DNA of 64,000 nucleotides from Escherichia coli (GTDB lineage Bacteria; Pseudomonadota; Gammaproteobacteria; Enterobacterales; Enterobacteriaceae): NCBI RefSeq assembly GCF_003790525.1, contig NZ_CP033635.1; one strand, 5' to 3'. Shown piece by piece: positions 58,905 to 64,000 of this stretch (position 1 is its first letter; each line of letters starts with the position of its first letter). The notes under the pieces were generated by a model. It saw only the letters and a program-made list of their open reading frames with translations, ran no database searches and was not told where the DNA came from. The position numbers and the translations under genes were made by a program.

Positions 58905-61753
58905 TGACATTCTCGCTTTTCAGACGCCGTGAGGAAAAAGGTACAGCAGAGACCAGGGAACGACCGGAAGCAGAAGCGGGGGCATCTTCATCGGCCTTTG
59001 TTCCGCCCTGTCCTCCGGGGGCACAGCCCCTGCGACGTCCGGGACAGATGACCCGTGATGCTGAGGCGGCGGTTTATCATGCCGGTCCGTCGGTTATTGA
59101 TTTTCTGCCATGGGTGGAATATCTGGATGAGGAGCAGTGTCTGCTGCTTGACGACGGGGTGTCGGTGGGAGCGGTCTATTCGGTGACGCCGGCCGCAACG
59201 GAAGGGCGTACGGAAGAGCGCCTGGCGCAAATCAGGGACATGGTGGAGGATGCCCTCCAGGACAGTTTTGATGAGTACGACACGCATCCCTGGGTGGTGC
59301 AGTTCTACTGTCAGGATGAAAATGATGTGGATGCGTACCTAGACTATCTGAAGGGGTATGTGAAACCCCACGCGCAGGGAACGGCATTCACGGAGGCCTG
59401 GCTGGGTGAAATGGCCCGCCATCTCAGGGGGATTGCCCGTCCTGAGGGACTGTTTACGGACACCCTGGTCACCGGTCAGCCCTGGCGGGGACAGCAGCGA
59501 CGAACCCGGATGGTGGTTTACCGTCGTATCGGGAAGAACAATAACGATCCGATGTCGCCGGTGGCGATGCTGAACCAGGTCTGCGACCGCGTGGTGTCCG
59601 CACTGGGTGGAGCCGGTATCCGCTGTACCCGGATGAACGGTCAGCAGGTGCACAGCTGGCTGCTGCGGTTATTTAATCCGGCACCGGACTGGATTGCCCG
59701 TGAAGAGCTGTACCGGATGGCCTCACGGGTTGATCCGCGTGAGCGTGGTGATGATGTGATGCCGGTGATGACGGATTTTGCCGAGAGCCTGTGGTTTAAC
59801 CCGCCGTATTCCGATCCGGAGAACGGGGTGTGGTGGCTGGACGCCATGCCGCACTGTGCCGTGGTGGTGGAAAAGCTGCGTACGCCGCCGGAGCCGGGGA
59901 CCATCACCGGAGAGATGCCCCGTGGGGAAAAAACGGTGAATGCGCTGATGGACACCTTTCCGGAGGGAACGGTGATGTGCATGACCATCGTGGTGCAGCC
60001 CCAGGACACCCTGGAGGACCGTTTCACCCGGCTGTCGAAAAATGCGGTGGGTGAGAACACGGAATCCATCCGGGCGCGTCAGGACGTGAAGGTGGTGAAG
60101 GAGCTGCTGGGGAACCGGCACAAGCTGTACCGGGCAGGGCTCACCTTTCTTCTGCGGGCAGAGGATATGGACAGCCTGAAACGCCGGCGTGTGGAGCTGA
60201 CCACGGTGCTTCTGGGGGCTGGTCTGCAGCCGGTGCGGCCTGAGTTTGACGTGGGGCCGCTGAACAGCTGGCTGCGGGCGCTGCCGATGTGTTTTGATCC
60301 GGATACGGACAAAAAGCAGTGGTACACGCGTCTGATGTGGGTACAGCACATGGCAGGATTGTTGCCGGTGACCGGCCGGGATACGGGGACCGGACATCCG
60401 GGGTTCAGTTTTTTTAACCGGGGTGGTGATGTGCTGACTTTCGATCCGCTGAACAAGCTGGACCGTACCCAGAACGCGCATCTGCTGCTGTTCGGACCAA
60501 CGGGGGCCGGTAAATCGGCCACGCTGTGTGCTTCACTGTCGCAGGTGATGGCAGTACACCGTCCCCGCCTGTTCATTGCCGAAGCGGGGAACTCGTTTGG
60601 TCTGCTGGCCGATTATTTTGAGAGTCTCGGGCTGTCGGTGAACAAAATCAGCGTCAGACCGGGAACCGGTGTGACCCTGCCGCCGTTTGCAGATGCGCAT
60701 AAACTGGTTGAGGAAGGGCAGGATCTGCAGTGCGTGGATGAGCACTCACTGCCTGATATTGAGGATGAAGCCGGGGATGAAGGGGAGGATAAACGAGACA
60801 TTCTGGGCGAGATGGAAATCTCAGCCAGGATGATGATCACCGGGGGGGACCCGAAAGAAGAGGCCGCGCTGAAGCGTGCGGACAGGGCGATGATCCGCGA
60901 GGCGCTGCTGATGGCCACACACCGGACATACCGTGAGGGGCGGCAGATGCTGCCGGAGGATTTGCAGTCCGCCCTGTGGGAGATCTCCCGTGACAGCAGC
61001 CGTAACGATGTGCGCAATGCAAAGGCGGCGGAGATGGCGGAGTCTCTGGGGATGTTCACCCAGAAGGGGAGTTTTGAGGCGGAGTTGTTCAACCGCGAGG
61101 GCGAACTGTGGCCGGAAGCGGATGTGACGCTGATTGACCTGGGGCATCTGGCCCGTGAGGGGTATGAGGCACAGATGGCGCTGACCATGGTGTCGATGAC
61201 CAACATGATCAATAACATTGCCGAACGTGATCAGTATCTGGGGCGTGACATCGTGTTTGCGGTGGATGAGGCGCATATCGTGACGGTCAATCCGCTGCTT
61301 TCGCCGTACATGACGAAGGTTGTGAAGATGTGGCGTAAGCTGGGAGCGTGGCTGTGGCTGGCGACACAGAACCTGAAGGATTATCCGGATGTGTCGGAGA
61401 AGATGCTGAATATGGCGGAATGGTGGGTGTGTCTGACGATGCCACCGGAGGAAGTGAACAACATTGCACGCTTTAAATCACTGACGGAGGAGCAGAAAGC
61501 GGTGCTGATGTCGGCGAGTAAGCTGTCCGGCTGTTATACCGAAGGCGTGGTGCTGGCGAAGCAGATTGAGGCGCTGTTCCGTGCGGTGCCGCCAAGTCTC
61601 TATCTGGCGCTGGGCATGACGGAGAAGGAGGAGAAGGCTGAGCGGCGTATGCTGATGAAGGAACACCAGTGCAGCGAACTGGAGGCTGCGTTCCATGTGG
61701 CGCGTAAGCTGGACAGGCTGCGTGGTCTGTCGGCCATGGAGGCGGAGGTATGA
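58904..61753 (+). CDS. conjugative transfer ATPase (VirB4/TraC-like)
   Basis: 949 aa; Walker A GPTGAGKS, Walker B VDEAH. Confidence 0.8.
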   Translation: MTFSLFRRREEKGTAETRERPEAEAGASSSAFVPPCPPGAQPLRRPGQMTRDAEAAVYHAGPSVIDFLPWVEYLDEEQCLLLDDGVSVGAVYSVTPAATEGRTEERLAQIRDMVEDALQDSFDEYDTHPWVVQFYCQDENDVDAYLDYLKGYVKPHAQGTAFTEAWLGEMARHLRGIARPEGLFTDTLVTGQPWRGQQRRTRMVVYRRIGKNNNDPMSPVAMLNQVCDRVVSALGGAGIRCTRMNGQQVHSWLLRLFNPAPDWIAREELYRMASRVDPRERGDDVMPVMTDFAESLWFNPPYSDPENGVWWLDAMPHCAVVVEKLRTPPEPGTITGEMPRGEKTVNALMDTFPEGTVMCMTIVVQPQDTLEDRFTRLSKNAVGENTESIRARQDVKVVKELLGNRHKLYRAGLTFLLRAEDMDSLKRRRVELTTVLLGAGLQPVRPEFDVGPLNSWLRALPMCFDPDTDKKQWYTRLMWVQHMAGLLPVTGRDTGTGHPGFSFFNRGGDVLTFDPLNKLDRTQNAHLLLFGPTGAGKSATLCASLSQVMAVHRPRLFIAEAGNSFGLLADYFESLGLSVNKISVRPGTGVTLPPFADAHKLVEEGQDLQCVDEHSLPDIEDEAGDEGEDKRDILGEMEISARMMITGGDPKEEAALKRADRAMIREALLMATHRTYREGRQMLPEDLQSALWEISRDSSRNDVRNAKAAEMAESLGMFTQKGSFEAELFNREGELWPEADVTLIDLGHLAREGYEAQMALTMVSMTNMINNIAERDQYLGRDIVFAVDEAHIVTVNPLLSPYMTKVVKMWRKLGAWLWLATQNLKDYPDVSEKMLNMAEWWVCLTMPPEEVNNIARFKSLTEEQKAVLMSASKLSGCYTEGVVLAKQIEALFRAVPPSLYLALGMTEKEEKAERRMLMKEHQCSELEAAFHVARKLDRLRGLSAMEAEV

Positions 61754-62136
61754 TGTGTCTGAAATACCCGAAACCGGAGGTGATGACAGAGGTCATGCCC
61801 GGGGGCAGCGTGTTTTTTCTGCCGCCGCAGGGAAAACCGGGTGTTGCGGATCTGGCGCAACCGCATCTGCAGCGCCTGCGGTCACAGCTTGAACGCAGGC
61901 TGGGTACGCTGCATCGTGTGGTGTGTCAGCCCCAGCGGGTGGGGCAGAGCAGCAGTGTGGCCGTGACAGCAGAAGGGGCGTGTGGCGAGGTGCATCTTCT
62001 GCTGACAGTAGGGGGGCATGAGAGCTGGCCCTCTGAAGAGGAATACCGGCATCCGCGCTGGTATATCCAGGTGGTGGATGCGGCCGATCTGTTCTACCTG
62101 CTGCTCTGGCTGTGTGATGGCGGGCAGGAAGCCTGA
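61750..62136 (+). CDS. ICE hypothetical protein
   Basis: 128 aa; ATGA overlap with ATPase stop. Confidence 0.45.
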   Translation: MMCLKYPKPEVMTEVMPGGSVFFLPPQGKPGVADLAQPHLQRLRSQLERRLGTLHRVVCQPQRVGQSSSVAVTAEGACGEVHLLLTVGGHESWPSEEEYRHPRWYIQVVDAADLFYLLLWLCDGGQEA

Positions 62137-62509
62137 AAAAACTGCCGCTACTGGCAACTGTGTCGTGGTGGCATGTTACTGGCAGGTGGTTTACGGAGTA
62201 TGGGCCCAATTCTGGCCTGCCGGAACATGCCCTTATAACCTTTAACACAGCGGTTACATAAAAAACAATGTCTTTTATGCACAGCAGTATTATGGCTGAA
62301 AGTGAAATAAAAGCGCGATATTATACTGCTTCGCGTCCGGTTGTCATTATCATGGATAGTGCGTTATGTTTATAAAGGCGTGACGGACGCTTAATTCTCA
62401 CGCAACGCACCCCTCTTAAATTTTCAGTTTCCGGTTTTGAATTTATTGCTGCTATTGGTGCTGCTTATGCGCACGCTGTAAGTCGGATATTGTCTGACGG
62501 AGGCGTACA

Positions 62510-62905
62510 ATGTACCGGATTTTCTGTTCCCTGTTTTTCCTGCCGCTGGCAGCGTCTGCTGGCACAACAATTTATACCGATTCTCAGCACCTCCCCGTTA
62601 ATACTCCCGATGGTGTCAGGGTGGTTCTGCTGGATGCACCGGAGCAGCTTCAGAACCGCTTTTTTGGCTCGTTGCCTGCTGATGCGGATAAGGCTGAAGC
62701 GCTGGTCAGGGCACGTATGCAGTCTCCCGAATGGCAGATGATGCAGGCGGAACTGGCTGCTCATTACCGCGATGTGGCACATGCCTGGTCGCTGGGCGTG
62801 AAGAAATATCCTGCCGTGGTGTTTGATGACAGTGAGGTGGTTTACGGCACCACTGATGTGGTGGTGGCCGGGAAACTCCGTACTGAGGGAGGAGTGCAGC
62901 CATGA
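62510..62905 (+). CDS. ICE conjugation-module secreted protein
   Basis: 131 aa; signal peptide. Confidence 0.5.
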   Translation: MYRIFCSLFFLPLAASAGTTIYTDSQHLPVNTPDGVRVVLLDAPEQLQNRFFGSLPADADKAEALVRARMQSPEWQMMQAELAAHYRDVAHAWSLGVKKYPAVVFDDSEVVYGTTDVVVAGKLRTEGGVQP

Positions 62906-63876
62906 TATCCCTGAAAGGTCGTCTGCGTGCCGGCGCGCTGTTACTGAGTGTGGCATCACTGCCTCTGGCGTCTGCGTCACTGAATACTGCCAGCATTATC
63001 GCCAGCGCGGCGGCACCGGACTGTATCAGCTGGCGTGTCAGCGGGATTTGTTACTGGCTTTACTGCAGCGCGTTTGGCTGCAAGGTCAGAACCTCCGTGA
63101 AGGTGACGCATTTCATCCCGGAAGTGGTTGTTTCCACCTATACGGCACCGGGTGGTAATCCCTGGAAAGAGATGTCGCTGGTCAGCCGGACGGCAGGTGG
63201 CCCGGAGAATGCCATCACTGACGGTCTGTCCGGACTGAGTGCCGGCGGGGGAAATCCGGCGGATATGAAAGCACAGGGAGAGCGGCGTTCAGCCATTCGC
63301 TTCAAATACGCAGATGCGCTGGGGCATCCGGCCACACAGATTATCGGCAGGATGGTGCCCGGATTCAGCTGTGATTCACCGGTGACGCCGGCCATGCCCT
63401 ATTTCCTGAGTACCCTGGACAGCATCGTCTGGCGAACGGGATTACCTGAATCCCTGTATCCCGAAGCACTGGTTCCCGGCAAACGCGAGATTGGCAGCCA
63501 GGCCGATAAAAACATGTGGGGGAGTGTTTATCCAAGAAGCGGTTTTGTGATGCAGACCGATGATGACCGGGCCGCGGCGGTGGTGGCCCAGCGGGTGGCC
63601 GACATTATCACGCGGACGGGGGAGCCGCATGTCTACAGGGAGGTGAAGGGCGTGAAACGTGACGGCTACTGGCCCCCGGAGGCGGTGGAGGAAAACACCG
63701 GCACCCGCAATCACAAATGGCAGCGACTGACGCCGTCAGTGTCGCGTTCCTGTGCCGTTTTCCCGGATGGTGAACACCAGGCAGCGGAGAACGGTAATGC
63801 CGCCTTTGCACTGTGGCAGCCCTACAGTTGCTGCAAAAAGCGCGGGCAGCGATTCCTTGGCAGTACGAATTTTTAA
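62902..63876 (+). CDS. TraU-like conjugation protein
   Basis: 324 aa; signal peptide, Cys-rich N-terminal region; position in T4SS operon. Confidence 0.5.
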   Translation: MISLKGRLRAGALLLSVASLPLASASLNTASIIASAAAPDCISWRVSGICYWLYCSAFGCKVRTSVKVTHFIPEVVVSTYTAPGGNPWKEMSLVSRTAGGPENAITDGLSGLSAGGGNPADMKAQGERRSAIRFKYADALGHPATQIIGRMVPGFSCDSPVTPAMPYFLSTLDSIVWRTGLPESLYPEALVPGKREIGSQADKNMWGSVYPRSGFVMQTDDDRAAAVVAQRVADIITRTGEPHVYREVKGVKRDGYWPPEAVEENTGTRNHKWQRLTPSVSRSCAVFPDGEHQAAENGNAAFALWQPYSCCKKRGQRFLGSTNF

Positions 63877-63886
63877 GGAACCATAA

Positions 63887-64000
63887 TGATGAAGATGAAA
63901 ACAGGTGTGGTGGCACTGAGTGTGATGCTGTGCTGCAGTACTCCGGTGATGGCTGATCTTCTTTCCCTGCCGAAACTGAATGACAGCACGTTCGGTTACG
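63887..64000 (+). CDS. next conjugation-module gene, 5' end only (signal peptide)
   Basis: ATG 63887, MMKMKTGVVALSVMLCCSTPVMA...; runs off the window. Confidence 0.45.

Overview
Enterobacterial (E. coli-like) chromosomal window made of three compositionally distinct blocks. (1) 1-3266: the 3' end of a type II secretion operon (gspJ partial, gspK, gspL, gspM), moderately GC-rich. (2) ~3.3-25.8 kb: a group 2 capsule (kps) locus. kpsM with an ops element leads an AT-rich serotype-specific block (GT-A glycosyltransferase, 1244-aa TagF-like phosphotransferase, a divergent kpsT, an acetyltransferase fusion, a nucleotidyltransferase, a HAD phosphatase and a nucleotidyltransferase/kinase fusion), followed by a degenerate IS3-family element and the convergent kpsS-C-U-D-E-F genes on the minus strand. 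(3) ~26.9 kb to the window end: the parA-proximal end of an integrative conjugative element (ICE) of the PAPI-1/pKLC102/ICEclc type, bounded by a 50-nt tRNA-Phe 3' fragment and its native terminator. It carries parA-dnaB-parB, a mosaic cluster of twelve small genes, a putative replication protein followed by a 23 x 36-bp palindrome-containing repeat array, topB, ssb, an Rpn-family nuclease with a duplicated C-terminal mini-ORF, and a type IV secretion/conjugation module (pilL, traD-like coupling protein, VirB4-like ATPase). The strongest leads are the split kpsM/kpsT with teichoic-acid-like capsule chemistry, the repeat array, the Rpn plus stand-alone C-terminal copy, and the small-gene cargo cluster. 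All family assignments come from reading motifs and gene order, not from database searches.
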